64,000 nucleotides of DNA from Yuukianura sp. NJ FZ-2021 (GCA_046563655.1 CM102287.1:7750001-7814000); one strand, 5' to 3'. Shown: positions 43,201-58,200, counted from the stretch's first letter. Made by a program: numbers and translations. Notes: generated from the sequence alone by a model not told the origin.

Positions 43201-46200
43201 TGGTTTTACATGTGACTCAAAAGTCAAAGTGGGACGTTGTGTAGTACACTTTTGTTCCGGCTTTTGAGTCTATCAGTTTGTCTTTAAAATTTAAACCGAG
43301 CAGGCTATAGTATGCCGCCAGCGGTAAAAGGAAATGAAAAACAGGATTCTGCGAAGATGCGCTTTCAAAACTTCAAAATAGTGTTTTAACAAAAAAAAAA
43401 AGGCTAAAAAGAATAGAGCACGGTGATAAACAACTTTCACCGTACTTTTTTAAATTCCTTTTCTTCATTCATTCAATTTTACTTTCAGTTGTAACAATGG
43501 ACAAAACATGACTTTGGTAAATTCAAAATTTCGAAATTTCAGACTTCGAAGGGTTTAGAAGTTTAATAAAACTTAAAACCTGTCGGTTTAGGTTAGTTTT
43601 GGGATTAAGTTTTGTTGACTAAATGAACCACAAGAGCAGAGAGGCTATTACTTGTATTATTTATTTTCCCAGACTCTTCGGTAGTAGAACTTTGAGTTTT
43701 CTGTTTTTTAGAGTCTCGTCTGTCCAAAATAACTTTCCCTCCGAAAAGAAAGTTTTTCCGTTGAGTTGTGTAGGTTTCCTAATACGTTTGTTTTAGATCC
43801 GTTCTGTTGAAGTCATGTTAGAAGTAAGGAGGGAGAAGCCTTTTTTCGTGGACATGGACTGGGCTGTCTGTTAGAAAGCGTAGACTTTCTCCTTCCTGCT
43901 CCCAGCCTGATAAACGTGGAATTGGATTTTGTGTAAGAAGGGTGGAAGGGAAAGCAGAATTTTCTGGCTGCTGTTCACTGCTATTCCTAGGAAACGACGC
44001 CTTTCACTTTCAAGTCTCCAGACTTTCCTCTGCCTCTAGATTTCCAAATTCCCTTTTTCGGGTATTGTGGAGGGCGAGATAGAGGTTTGGAAGGGAAGAG
44101 AAAGCGTGCTTTTCCAGGGGTTCTCAAAAAGGAACGGAGAGAGAGACTTGGTTACTTCGTATCGAATCGACTCGAGAGGAAGCGACGGTTCGTTTCAGCC
44201 TTTTCAGCGTAGCAGCGTTTCAGCCTGCTCCCTTGCTTTCTCCTCTTCCTGGTTCTACCAAACAACAGCAGTTAGACTAGAGTTTCTCTGTCGTTTCCAG
44301 CAGTTCGCTTACGAGAGAAAGGGAGATCGATTCCGAAAACCTTTGATTCCATACAGCTGCTTTCTCCCCGGCTTTTCTTTCCTAACATGTTATGTGGAGA
44401 AACCATGGAAAAGTTTGGCATTTCCAACATAAAACGTAGCTTCCCGCCAGTATTTTTTCACAACTATAAAAAAAAATACACGTATTTTTTCACAACTATA
44501 AAAAAAAATACAGGTATTTTTGTCACAAATTTTTAGTGAGAGAGAAGAGAAAAATCTTAGGAATGAACCTGGAATGCTGCTGAGTGCTGGAGATTTGGAT
44601 TTTTTGAGTGTGTTTGGTTCTAAATCAAAAAAATTTTAACTTATGAAATTTTTTTAAACAAAACCATAAGAAAAGCTTAAAATTTGTTGAAATTTGAAAT
44701 AGAGGTTTCTGTATTGATAACTCGATGACTGATGATGACAATGACAGTAGTGGTACGGCTTAACTGGTTTGTACGGGAAGTTGAAATGGGACGGGTGATT
44801 TTTTTGAGTTTTTGAAAGGAAATAGTTTAATAAAAAGAAAAACAAAACAGGGCGGGAGTGGAGTGTTGATTTGCAAAAAGCGAGTTATAGTAAGTCATGT
44901 GTTGTGAAACGTGATTGTGGGGAAGTTTTGTTGAAAGTGCAACGGGAAATGTAGGATGGGATTATGACCTTCTTTTATTGTCAAGAAGGGGAAAATCGAT
45001 TTCTATATGCCTACTGCACTTTGCACTTGCATTTCAGTAGTGTGTCTCTTTCACTTTTAAGATTTATTTTGGGGTTTGGGGTTTCGTTTTTGGAGATTTG
45101 TTGGGCGGGATGGGGTTAATGCGTGTGGAATTCCGGAACTTGAAAGGGACGGAAATATATCGGTAAAAGTATTTTTAGTTGTAACTTCGAACTTGGTTTT
45201 TCGATTAATGCATTATAAATTAATGCGCGGGTTGGTTTTGGATTGAAGTGTATTATGTACTTGAATCGATACTTGTGAATGAATTGCAAAAAAATATAGA
45301 ATTAGTACTTGGTAGTTTTCAGATTTTTAAAAACTATGAGTTTTTTTTTAACTTTTATTTTTGGATTTTTTTGTGAAGTGACATGTGAATGAGTTTGTTT
45401 AATTTTTGCAGGGTTCTCCTGGTGGTCCGCCCCATCGTGTCGTCCAAGGTCAACCTCCAGGAGGTCATCAATACTATAATCCAGCAGGGATGCATCATGG
45501 TGGTGGTCAGTATCCTCCGCAGTCTGCCCATTACCCGCCTCCTGGACCGCCGGGTCAACAACAACCCCGATACCCGCCATCCGGTCAGCGCCCAGGGCCA
45601 GAGTCTGTCCAGTCCCAACAACCGCCTCCACCGTCTCATTACCCCGGACAGCCTCAATCCCCGCACTACCCGCCTCCTCCATCTCAGTCACCGCATTACC
45701 CCCAAGGTCAACCTGGACCTCCGCATCCTGCTGCAGTTCGCTATCCACCACCCCCAGGGGGCGGGTTAAGGCCAGGGGAGTGTTCGCCATACCCTCAACC
45801 ACAACAATCACACTACCCGCCTCCTCCCCACAGATACCCTGCGCCTGGGATGAGACCTGGGGAAAATCAACCGCCTTCACATTACCATCCAGCACCTTCA
45901 CCCGTAAGAAATTTTACATTAACCACTACGTTAATTCATAATTGTCAGGGGAAATTTTGATTTTTAGTAGTTACACGTATTAGAGAGGTATCGATTTGGA
46001 TTGTGACTGTAGTTGAGTCACTATGCGAGTAAAATGGTAGTGAGTACGCGTTTTGCTCTTGGTTTTTGATTCTGACTGTAAGTTCATGCGGGAATTTCAA
46101 AAATTGTAATTTTTCGTATGATTGGAGAAAATATTGTAGCCATTCAACCAGGATTCACGGTATCGGTATGATACATTTGGGTGTAATACGTGGTATAATA

Positions 46201-49200
46201 CCGTATTTTCATGATGTCCTAATGATAAATTCATCGAGTATATTACAAAATACACGTATAATATGGTATAGTATTCGAAAAATACGGTATTTTACGAACC
46301 ATGCATTCTACAATCAGAATGAGGAAATCGCAACATCTCTATTATTAACGAAATATTGCTAAAGAGGCATAACACCGAAAATTATTTGATGAATTGGGAA
46401 ATTAACGTTGGCAATGACATGTGGTCCTTGTCATTTTTTTATGCAAAGTAGGATGATGTAGAACTGTACTTTTTGTGGCGATGTGAGTGACCCAGTGCTG
46501 GAATGAGTCATGGATTTAGGATGGCATGAGAAGATAAGGGAATGAAACATGTTTCTGATGATGATGATGAATGGAGGTTTTGTTATTGAATGACTTTGTG
46601 GTAGGTTAGTTAGTGGAGATGGAGATTAAATTAATTGGTGAATTGTGTTTACATTTTTGTGGCTCAAAATTCCTTCATGAGATTAACTGTACTTTGGAGG
46701 GTGTGAGATTGGGGCTACTTGAGACTGCTGCAGGTTGAAGCACGTGAGGTGATGAAATAATTGAGAGTGATGATGACCTTGAGGGGTCCGTAAACAATCC
46801 TGAATGACTTTGGACTTGGCCCACATCTTCATGTCAGGATTCAGGATCAAGTTAGTGCAGGAAGGGAGAGTCTATTTGGGGAGTCCAAAGTGTCTGTGTT
46901 TCTGTGGTCTCCATGTAATTAATGAATTCTCTGTCTCACTTTGCCCCGAGATTCCTCAACCAGATTCCTCACTTTCACTTTTTTGAATCATGCACACTGT
47001 ACTGATGAGTCATCGTTGCACTTCTTGCATCTTAAGTGGCGGGAGAAGTAGTTTGTAATGTTTCAGTTTTAAAAAAACGAGTTCGGACTTACGATTTTCC
47101 GAAAGTTGAGATTTTACATTATTTTTATTAGGTAGATTGCGATTTGTTGATTGTGACTGTAGCAGAATATTTTTTATTAAAGTAATTAATTGATTAATTT
47201 GAGTCATCATTTAGACATCATCAAAGTATCTTTATCATAGGCGGGATAAGTAGTTTAAATAGTTTGGTTTAGGAAAAAGGAGCCACTTCTTAGGTTCACT
47301 TTATTAGGTAGGTTGCGTTTTGCTGATTGTAGACCTGATTGTGGCTGTAACTTTATCGAATATTTTTTTTTACAGTAATTTGATTGTGAAGTGTTAATTT
47401 CAATTTCGGTGCCAAAAATGATGTAGATAATTGCCAAATGCGAAAGACAATTTTTTTATTTACTATGTTTTTGTTTAACCAAGGTAATGGTTTTTAGCAG
47501 GAAATGGGACGTGTCGGTAGGGTTGGAATATAAATTAACTGTTTTTGAATAATTCAAACTCCCTGCAGTGACATCATCATCATGAGAATATTAAGCGTGA
47601 GTAGTTTTTCCCGTTTACTTTTTTTCATGAATGAATTGGTAATGAAAATGAAGTGATTGTGCCATTAGGACAAGAGTTGTAAAGTAGTGTAGACGGAAGT
47701 TACGATTAGATTTTGTTTACGTTTCTGCTTACGCGTAAAAAGTAAAGGTCACTTTCATTTTTTGTTAAAGGTCAATGTTCCACTCTTGACTTTTTAATGA
47801 GACCTATAAATTTAGTTCTATTTTGGCTCTGGTTATGGTTTAGTTTTTTTTGGAAGGAATGAAAGCAATTGCGGTTTTGGAGTAAATTGGACGAGGATGA
47901 TAATTTTATTTGTACAGTTAATGAAATCTGTTTCCCATTCAAGTCTTTTTTTCCCGCCAAAGTTTCGGCCTTATAACGCCTCCTCCGTTTTCATTTTCAT
48001 TTTGGTGAATGAAAGTTAGGTTTCTCGTCCATACTTTTAAGTTTCCTTCCACTTTACTCCCGAACTTGCTCAACCACATGTCAATAATGTAAATGTTATT
48101 CGAGACACACAGAACCACGTGGATTTCAGTAGTAACAGGATAAATTTGTAACTTTTTTCTTACGTTTTGAGGATGCGTCGTCGGTTTTACTAGGGACCTT
48201 AACCTAAGATCTAGAGACATAGCTTAACCTTAAGCTAAGTCTAGTCTAACCGAAAACCCCAAAGTTAATTCTCAAAAAGTGTTTGAAGTTGAAGTTCATG
48301 GGACCGTAAGGTGGGAAATTGTTGTAAAAGATTCTTCTGTCACAACCATACACTTTTACTTTTATGTCACCCATTCGTCCTTGTCTATTTTCTGCTCACT
48401 TGAAAGAAAAAACCGGGCTTTTCCTTATTGATAACTTTTTTTTCTCGGCGTAAGCGTAAGATTTTCTCAACGACCCTTGTCATATACTAAGGTTTTTTGG
48501 ATGCTGGTGATACCCGGATTCGGGTAATACCCGAAGTCTTCCACTCCAGGGGCCCAATTATGATTCAGAGTGACAGTTGGGGTATCTTTGGGGTAAACCG
48601 GTAACCCCTCTATTACTCTTCCAGTTACCCCCGATTACGATCTTTTTTGGAGTAATTTGGAAAAGAGTAACTTTGGAGTTTCAACTTTACACTTTCTATA
48701 CTCCGCTGTAACTCCAAATTTCAAAAACATAAACAAACAAACCACATTCAAACTTCAAATGGAATATGTACCGACCAGCTGTTTTTGATTTGCTTTCTTC
48801 AAACATCATTCTTACCATCGACATTAAAGTACTGACAAAGCGATAACATGCCATGGTTTACCAGAATCTCCACACACCGTAGGCGTTGCCACTGCTCATG
48901 GGGCAGGGGTTGACACTACGGTGTCTTATGACTACCACGTACCTAACAATAAGTTTAGTTTAGTCCCAAAGTTTAGTTGCTTTCCATATTTTTAGTTTCA
49001 TCATTTTAGTTAGTTATGCCATTTTGAAGCATCACGAATCTATGAAGAACGATGGAACTTGGTAGAGAAGATTTTCGTTTATTTTTATTTCCTAATTTGG
49101 CCTATTACTTCAACCAGTGATCGCAGACCCAAACAGTGATATGTCAAGATGATGGCCTCAGTAAATGAACAACTTTTGTAGAGGTCATATAGAAGCAATG

Positions 49201-52200
49201 AGCTTGAACTTTGAGATTTTGTAAAACTGGGTCCTGAATTGTAGCAATTGTGATGGCCCTGCGGCGTTGACACAGTTGCAGTAGCACTGGCGTTGACACG
49301 CAGGGCTGCACAACGGAGCATAAAGTCACAAACCGATTACGAAGCGATGAATTACCAATGTTCTCCCAAGTTTACACCTACTAAACCCTCCCAAGAGCAG
49401 GATAACTTTTCGGGTCTCGTTAGAGTTAGAAGACCCGAATCATAATCAACAAAGAAAGAAAAGTGTTAAAATAGTGTGAGTTCGGAGTTCCGAAAGGGTC
49501 TGTCTGGAGTTTCAACGGAGTATGCAAGGGTAACCTCCGGGTTAGGGTAAACTCTCAATCGTAGTTAGAGTGAGCAGATTTGGAGTTAAAAGGGTGTCAC
49601 TTTCGGGTAACTTTCCCTGTCACTCTGAATCATAATTGGGCCCCTAAGACGCTTAACTTTGTCCTCTTCGCCGGTCTTTGAAGGTTTGTGATGGTGAGGA
49701 AGGTAATGTTCTGATGTGCGAGAAAAAAATCCATTTATGTAGGTTAAAAGCATCTTTCCTGGAATGGCAGAAAAGTTGTTCACTTTTATACTTGTCGTCT
49801 CTCTCCTTTTTCCCGCCCTTTCTCCCTTCTTCAGTGATTCGCATAATGGACTGGTCCATTTTCATTCAAAAAAAGAGTAGGATTAGGTTAGGTTAGGTTT
49901 TTTTTGGAAGAATACACAAAAGGTCAACAAACCGCACTTAAATTTGACCTAATGACACTTCCGTATAAGTCGAAAAGCCACGCGGTATGTCACCTTGACC
50001 TTGGTTTTTGGTTTGTATAATTTGAGGTTAAGAGAAATTGGAATTTAGCATGGTTTTAGATTTTTTGGATTTAGGATTGCGGTTGATTGGTTTTTGGGAT
50101 TAATAAAATCAAAATCAAAGTTGCAAGTCTCAAGTTAAACCGTGACGTGAGTGTTGAATTCAGCCCCAAATTGGAACCGAATTTGATTGGGACTCCAAAT
50201 CGAAAGGGGTGATTAAAGTTGTAAATACGAATATTAAAGTTATAATTAGCCCAAGTTAGTTGCAATTCTAAACGTAATCTAACAGTTAAGTTAAACCTTG
50301 TCTAATAATAGTGATTGATTGAAAACTTTTGTTTATTTTAGGGAATGACTGATTCTAGTGGATTACCGCCAGGAAGACCGCCTTCAGCCAGTGGAAATAA
50401 CCTGGATAACCATCCGCCGCGTTCCACGCCTCCACCCCCGCAGTCACCCTCTCTCCAGCAACAACCCCCGTCACATATGAACCACCACCCTCCATCCCCC
50501 TCACAGTCACCGAGGTCAACCCCGCAACTACCCCCTCCCCCCAGTGGTGGGCCTCCGTCACATTCACCCTCGCATCGCCCCAGCAACAACTACCCACCAC
50601 CGCCCGATGTAGGGGTAAGTGCCAATGTAAGTTCATTCAAAACTGAAAAACACGGCTCGAACCCCGTATTATACTTATACCTTGACGTATAATACATGGT
50701 ATAATCCGCATTATACGCCGACGTTTAATACGTGGTAAATTTTCGTGACACTCTAATGCTAAATGCATTGTGTAGGTATTATACAATTTTACGTATAATA
50801 CGGTGTTGTTTTGGAACTATTTTTGAAAGGTTTGAAAATATTTTTGAAGGTTTACTGGTTTTTCGGAAGGAAATGGAGGAAGGAATCTGAAATGAGGAAT
50901 AATTGGGCAGTCAAATTTCATCTTCCGTTTTCATTTGACAGATTATTTACATTTTGCAAACATGAAATGAAGTGTGTGAGAAAATGACTAATGCCTTCAA
51001 GTTGTTTTGAATTGACGTCTGTAGAGGAGGGTGGGTCTTTATCTTAACAAAAATTGAAAACAATGACGAAAGAACAATTCTCAGCTGAAAAGAATGGCGT
51101 GGGGCGCTACTTATCTTGTTTTTATTTTGTAAAATTTAAGTGCCGATGGAATTTAACTTGTTGTGAATGAAGTCATTTTAGCTTTGGCTCCAGTTGACTC
51201 CTGTTGTAGTTTGTGGTACAATTTGTTCGAAAACAAATCCTTACAATTTCATTTTGATTTTTTGTTGTTGAATTTTTGTCGAAATCAATCTTTGTGTTTA
51301 GACATTTCTGCGAAAGGAGTTTTGATTCCTAAGTTTTTTATTGTTGGCTTTTGTATGTTGGCTATTTTTTTTAGGACTTGGGTTTTGTACTGTATGACTA
51401 ACTCCAAAAAATAACCAACGTTTGGTTGCTGCGTTGTTCCAAAGCCAGAATTTTTTTTCGTAACTTGGTTTTCTTGCCTAGAGACAAGGCTACGGCTGGT
51501 TTTGTGTTCTTGGTTGTTAGAGTAGTTGGTTATTTTTTCCCCTGGTGGGTTCGCCCTTTGGAAAGGCTTGTGAAGTGGAGCCACTACCACCGTTGTATAG
51601 AATAGTTCCTAAGGTTCTTTGGACTTGGACTGTTTCTCCTTGGTGAAGTGGTAGGAAAGGAGTGGGGAAATTCTGGTGTAGATGTAGCATAGCCTAACCT
51701 AAAACCTAACCATACCATGGCTTCCCTTGCTCGACTCGAATGCTGCTGAGTTGGTCGTATGCTGTTAGGCCTGGTTGTATGCTTTTAGGCATGGCTGTAC
51801 TCCCTGTATTCTGGCTGAGAAGAGGCTTGAGGTTGATCGACTACTCCTGCCGAGGCGTCATCCTGCTCTGCCGTACCATTGGCAAGTAATAAGGGCTCGC
51901 ATAATTCCAGGGACGAGGTCAGAGGTCAGCTAAGGAGCCGAGAGCAGAGAAGAGACTGAGAGCGAACTTTGTAGGCCAAAGAAAGTTGCGGAAAGTGGTC
52001 GTGAAAGGAGCTAGAAGGCATTGGAAAGAAGGAACGGAAGGGATTGCTCGAGCAGGGCAGCCCGTTTTGAGACTCGCGTTCATGTTTGAGTGTAAAAGTA
52101 AATTGGGAATTCAGCAGAGTAGGCAGGAAGGCTGGGTCGATAGACCTAGGTTTTTGCTGGTTAGGTTTTGTTGGAAACTTGTGAGTCGTCAAGAGACGCA

Positions 52201-55200
52201 GCTAGTTCACATCATCCTCTATTTTCAAAAAGCCTTCGTTCTTTTCGCCCTAACTTAGCCAACGGAAAGGCATAGCTTATGCACGTCCCGCTTTTTTTCA
52301 AAGAGGAGATCCTATTCTACTCTGTTCTTTACTTTGGACGGTCTCTGGTTCCACGAAGGAGATGATGATAATGATAATAAAAAACATTTGGGATTTTATA
52401 ATCTCTGGGCTGGTTTTCGTATGAGAGCAAAAAGCAACTTTGCAACGCTTTTAAATTTTCAACCCTCTCCTTTCTTTGCATTTCTTTACTTATGTACAGG
52501 CATACAGCAGAACTTATACGGTGTTTGTATGTAGTGGAACTGGAATGAGAACTTTTGCAAATACAAAGGGATTTGGCAAAGGGAAGTTGCAGAACAATGG
52601 AACAAGAAATGGATTGTTCAGACAGAAATTATCACCCTCTCTCATCTTCTGTTTCTTACATTTTTATGCTTTCCTTTTTTTGGTTTAGGTTAAGGTAAGC
52701 TGACTCTTAGTCACTGTTTGTGAATTCGGTCCCTGTAGAAAGGATCAGGTTTGGCATTTTCTCTTATTTAAAATTGCAAAATCAAGTTTAGTTTTTTGTT
52801 TTTGTGAAAATTTCGACTTGTATGTTATGGACATTAGACATTTTGTGGAAGGGGATTCCAGATTACGCGTTTTGTAGGTTGATGTTTAAGGGGTTTGTCA
52901 TTAGGCCAGGACATGGCATTAGGGCAAATTTTCAATACATAAGATTTTTTTTACATTTTTATTTTACAAGTCTTACCCCTTATAAATGTTACATTGTATG
53001 AGAAAAAAAATCAGTAAAATTTTTGAATTTTTTTATTAAGCCTAAGGGGTCCCTCACGAGCCCAGAAGATTCAGCATAACTTTACAATGTTGATCTGCAT
53101 GGAAGCTGGATAAATCATGGTTAGTCAGCATATTTTGACGCAAAGTTTGATTTCGAGGCTGTAGGGAACTGCTTCCGGTGTTGTTCTACCACGTGAAACA
53201 GAAACTGCTGCTGTTCTTCCTGTTTTGTGAGAACAGCATTGAAATCTTGAGCCAAAGCTATCGCCCTTTCAGCGATATCATTAACGACCTGCAAAAATCA
53301 ATCAATAGTTAATATTATTACTTATGTTGAGAGAGTTTTAACATTGAAGAGGGGTTAAACTAATTTCTTTAAGTCACCTGAAGATTACTTGCTCGCAATT
53401 TTCCTAGACGAAAAGAAGGAAAATCTGGCCAAGCGCTAGGATCAAAGTCCAAAAAGTCCTTTTCCACTCTGAGGGCATCAAAGAAGTAGAGTGTATTGGC
53501 GGAAACAAAATTCTGAAGTTGGGAATCAGCAACTTGGCTGACTGTGAGCGATGCCCTTGGCTCAATCTTTCCGACAGGGTGATATTGCAGCCGAGCGACC
53601 ATTTCGCGTTTTGTCTCGATGGGAACAAGGTCATCGAAAAAAGAAAGTCCAATTAAATATTGGTTCATGTACCAAAAATGGTTGGAAAATGTCCCTAAGC
53701 AATGTTCTGAAACTTTCTTGTCTTCATTTCTGTATTGTAGCAGAGCCTTTGCAAATTCCAAGTCTTTCCTTGGAGCGGAAATTGCACATGATGCAGTGAA
53801 CCATGCGTCGACGTAAATTTTGACTGTAAAAATGACGAATCTTCGCAGTGAAAGGAACTCCGCCTCAGAAAGCTGAAATTGTTGTCGGAAGAGGAAAATT
53901 TTGATGCCGTATAGGACTTTGGACATCCAGCGGGCGTGGTGCATGGCTCCAGGCTTTCGGATTTTATAATTCTGGGAAGTAGTGTCGCCAAGGAAAATGA
54001 GACAAAGGTCAACAACTTCCTTGTAGTCATCCCGCACAGTACCACGCTCCAAAACCGTCTTCATGTTCCTCTTCAGCGATTCAATTTTTGTTTCCAGCGC
54101 CTTCATGACCTCACCGTCATTGATTCCTTGAACGTAATTGTTCTTATCCATGGTTTTCCATTGCTCCTTAAATCGTTTGAAAAGGCCAACTTCCGGGGAA
54201 GTTGATTTTCCGAAAGTCGCGTGGTAGGCAGATCCAATGACAAGCTCAAGGACGTGATGGCGACAAGCGATTCCAATGAGCTGTCGCTCAATTTTTTCTT
54301 GCAGAATTACTGACGCTCCAGCCCATTTTCCAGTGTTTACGGATGTTGTGTCAAAGGACATGAACTCTATTTGCTCCAAAATATTCCAGTCCGTAATGGT
54401 TTCGAAAACAGCGTCTGCTGTAGCTTGTCCGGTGCCAGCGTGTAAGATTGGTATTCCAAGCAGTTTTGTGATACCCTCTCCCGAAACGCAGATGGCAGCC
54501 CGATCTACCCGGCTTTCGCCGTCTAGCGATGCCATGATCTTCGAATCCCAGTGCACAACGAGCGGTACTTCTGGAGCAAATGCTCTTCTGATTTCTCTGG
54601 CAATGGCATCACGACTTGATACCCGTGCTCTTCGAATAGTGTCTGGTGCAATTCTGAAATCTTGTGTCGGAAGCCCTAGGGAATTGATAGTTGCTGCTAT
54701 CACATGGGATGCCTTTTCATTGCTCATTTTTGTTCTGTCCAGCGCCGCTGCCAATTCCGGAGTGACAAGGTCTACCGTGCCGCGGGTGCTTTTTTGGGTC
54801 CCCGAACTGCTGGGTCTAGGCTTGGCAGAGCTTGGCCCAGGTTTTGGATTGTAGTCCATATCACGGCGGCGTTCAGGGGAAGAATCTGAACTGGAAGTTG
54901 AACTTGCCAGTTCCACCACCTCCATGTAACCCGCAGCAGCAGCTTTCTCCTGCCTCTCTTGAGTTTTCAGTTCCCGTTGTGTCTGGCGTTCTTCCTTTGC
55001 CGCTAGTTGTGTATCAATGCCTCCCATATAACCCCTGCGTCCTGCAAACCAGAATTAGAGAAATCAATTCTAGGTAATTACTTATGGCATTGCGTTAAAT
55101 TTAATTTGTCTGATTGTTTAATTATTATTTTTATTTATTTTTAGTTTTCTTAATTATTCATATTTATTTCAGTTATTATTAACTCAATTATTTATTAACA

Positions 55201-58200
55201 AAATAAATTACCCTTTTCTCTTTGTGCAAGCAGAAATTTTCTATCCTCTTCTATGGTTATCAGCGACAGGGCATCAGCGTGTGCAATATCGAACAAATCG
55301 TCAAAGGTGTTCGAAAAACTTTCTTCCAGACTCACTTGGGTCGATGATCTTCTAGATTTGTTTTTCTGAACTTTAATGTATTGTTCGTGGAGGCCTAGTA
55401 CTTTTGGAACGACGTTATAGCTCTTCTTTGTCGGGATCCGTGCTTTCTCCCAGAACTCCAGAACTTCATGTGTGACAATGGTGGCAGCATCTTTCGCTGC
55501 TTTTTTATCTACTCGAATAATGTGGTACAACCGGCGGAGTACTTGTCCGTTGGAGGGGAGTTTATGTCCAGGTATCTTGTCCAGCGGGTTTCCGAGAAGC
55601 CAAATTGGCTCTACGCCGGGAGTAGATCTTGTTTCCATAGGAAAGATGTTAATAAGAAACCCTTGTGTGATTGAATCCTAGATTTGGATATAATTACGAT
55701 GGAATTATTTATAATACATATAGATAACAGATACAATAGTTGTAACGTAATATTATCAGTTTAATAAATTCTGGATACTTACGTTTGTTAATTAGGGCAG
55801 AAAGGATATCCAGGATGAACGTGATTTTAGAATTTTGATTTTGATGGTTCATTCTCTCAAAAGAATGAATGAGTCACCAAAAATTCCCAACCAACGAAGT
55901 TCGGGAGCGTTTGGAATATAGTTTACAACGGGTTTTTGTGTGTTATACAGAGTATATGGACCGACGGAGGGCATCCGAGTTCTAAATGGTTGAATGCCAA
56001 GGTTGTACTATATGGGTTTCATGAGGATGGTTGAGGGACCCCTTAGACTCGTCGTAGAGGGTCTATTTTTTGCAGCGATTTTTTTTTAACTTATTGGAAT
56101 GTTTTGAGGGGGTAAGACTTTGAGAATCAAAATTTTCCATTTGAAAATTTGCCCTAACATGGCATGCTGTTTTGACTTTGAGACTTTGACTTTTTCGCTT
56201 TTTGGTTGAATGGAACAAGTAAAGTTTGTGAAAAGAGAAAAAAAAAACAAGAAATTGGGCACAACGTTCAAACACCTGTTACAAAGGAGGTTTCTTTTGT
56301 TTTCGTTTTTTTGAAATGACATTTTCGATTTGGTTTTTGGCTTTTGTCTTCAGTTTAAAGAGTTTGGTGGAAACTTGAAAAAAGAGTGCAGAAAAATTGA
56401 GTTTTTGAGAGAAAAGGGAAAATTTAGAGCGATTTTTGACTTTTTAGTTTGCGTAAGAAATTGGAAGTTTTGGGGTAAACTGGAAAAGTTTTGGGTAAAA
56501 GTTTGAATTTGTTTGTCAAATTCAAATAGGTAGAAGAAAGTATAAAACGTGACTCATGGAACGCAAACAAAAAATTTTGTTTTTATGGAATTTGATTCAC
56601 GAGTTCAGGGGCGTGTTACATTTCATAATTTGTTTTTTTACAAAAACAAAGGGTAGTTAGTTGTATTACGAGAATGGCTTAGTGCGTACAAGTAAGTTGA
56701 GAGATTTGGATCGAATCAAGATCTCATTTGGCTTTGGAGGAAATGTTTTTGGTTTTTTTGGTGGGAGAATGAAGCAATGTGGTTTTATGAATTTGTTTTG
56801 TTGACAACTGGAATGGTTTTTTTGGGGTGCCGCTGCCGGCTTTGAAAGAATGAAAAAAAAAAATTGTAAGGACTTTGATGAAGAGGAGATATAAGCCATG
56901 TGCCGACTAGGTTTTTAAATGGTTGGACTAAAATTTGACAATTTGAGTGATACAATTGTAATTGCAAATCTGACGTAGTTGATGGAAAATTAGGTAAATG
57001 TTATCATTTCAATTGTTATTGTTGCTGAATTTGGTACTAAATAGGAGGGAGTAATTATAGTAAAGTGTGCAGGTTTATGGCACGGATTGAAAATTTTAAT
57101 TTTGGTATGATGGGGAGGCGGAAAAATTCAAAAAAAAAAGCAGACACTGTATTTTTTTAAATTTTGTTAAATGCCAACACATTTACTTTCCAGTCATACC
57201 TGTCACTATTTGCTGCGCTGGAATTTGTTTTGCCTGTTTTCTAGTTTTTAAAAGTTATTTTTATGTTAGGAGTAAAAAGAGAAAAGTTGTGAGAGGGATT
57301 GTTTTAGTTTTTAAAAAAAGAAAGGGAAAAGTTGTGTTTTTTTTAAGAAAAGGAATTTGTGAGTTGAGTGAGGTCATGATTTGAATTCCTCGGGGATTCC
57401 TTCTTTTTTTTTTCTTGAAATTCAAACACTTTTTTTTTCGGTTGGATGAACTTGGAGGTTTGTTTCGTTTTTTGAAGAAACCTTTCCTTTTTTTTTTTAC
57501 TTTACTACTACTACTTCTTACTATAAAGTGATCTTGTGCGGTGTGTAAGTTTTTCGACGTGTGTGAAATGTAGATTAAGTTGGAAGAGGAGCACGGACGT
57601 TTTAATGGTATTTTTTCCGGAGGAAGGTCGGGGTTTTCGTTTTACTTCCTTCATCTTCTTGAAATTATTCTTTGAAGAAAACGGAACATGCTATTTATAT
57701 GGAAAAGGATGCTCAGCTTTTTAATCTGCAACGCTTGAACTTGAACTTGAAGTTTTATGAAGTTTTTTCATCATGTGCGTAGTTTACGCGACACTGACTG
57801 GTTGAGAAGGAAAAGAGATCTTGAGAGATTTCATTTTTTGAGAGAGTGAGAGGAAAAGTCATCAAGATCAGCTGATCCAATTCAAAAGTTCAAAAACCTA
57901 GAATAACTTTAGCTTAGCCTAACCTAACCCTGTTCGTCACTCATTCATGGAATTGACTCTGCGTTGTGAGAAGCTTAGCGATAGAAGGGCGCCTTGTTGT
58001 TCGGCGTTAAGGAATTGGTTTTGAACGTGTTACATAATGTATTATGTGTGTCCTGGTGACATTATTGCTATTATTGGAAATGAAGCGGAAGATGAGGTTT
58101 TTGGACTGGGGTGTTTATACACTATGTTACAGAGGAGTTGTACGCACTTAAAGTGTGGTAGAGTAAATTGTTTCGGAGGATGTGTTTCTTATAATGATGG

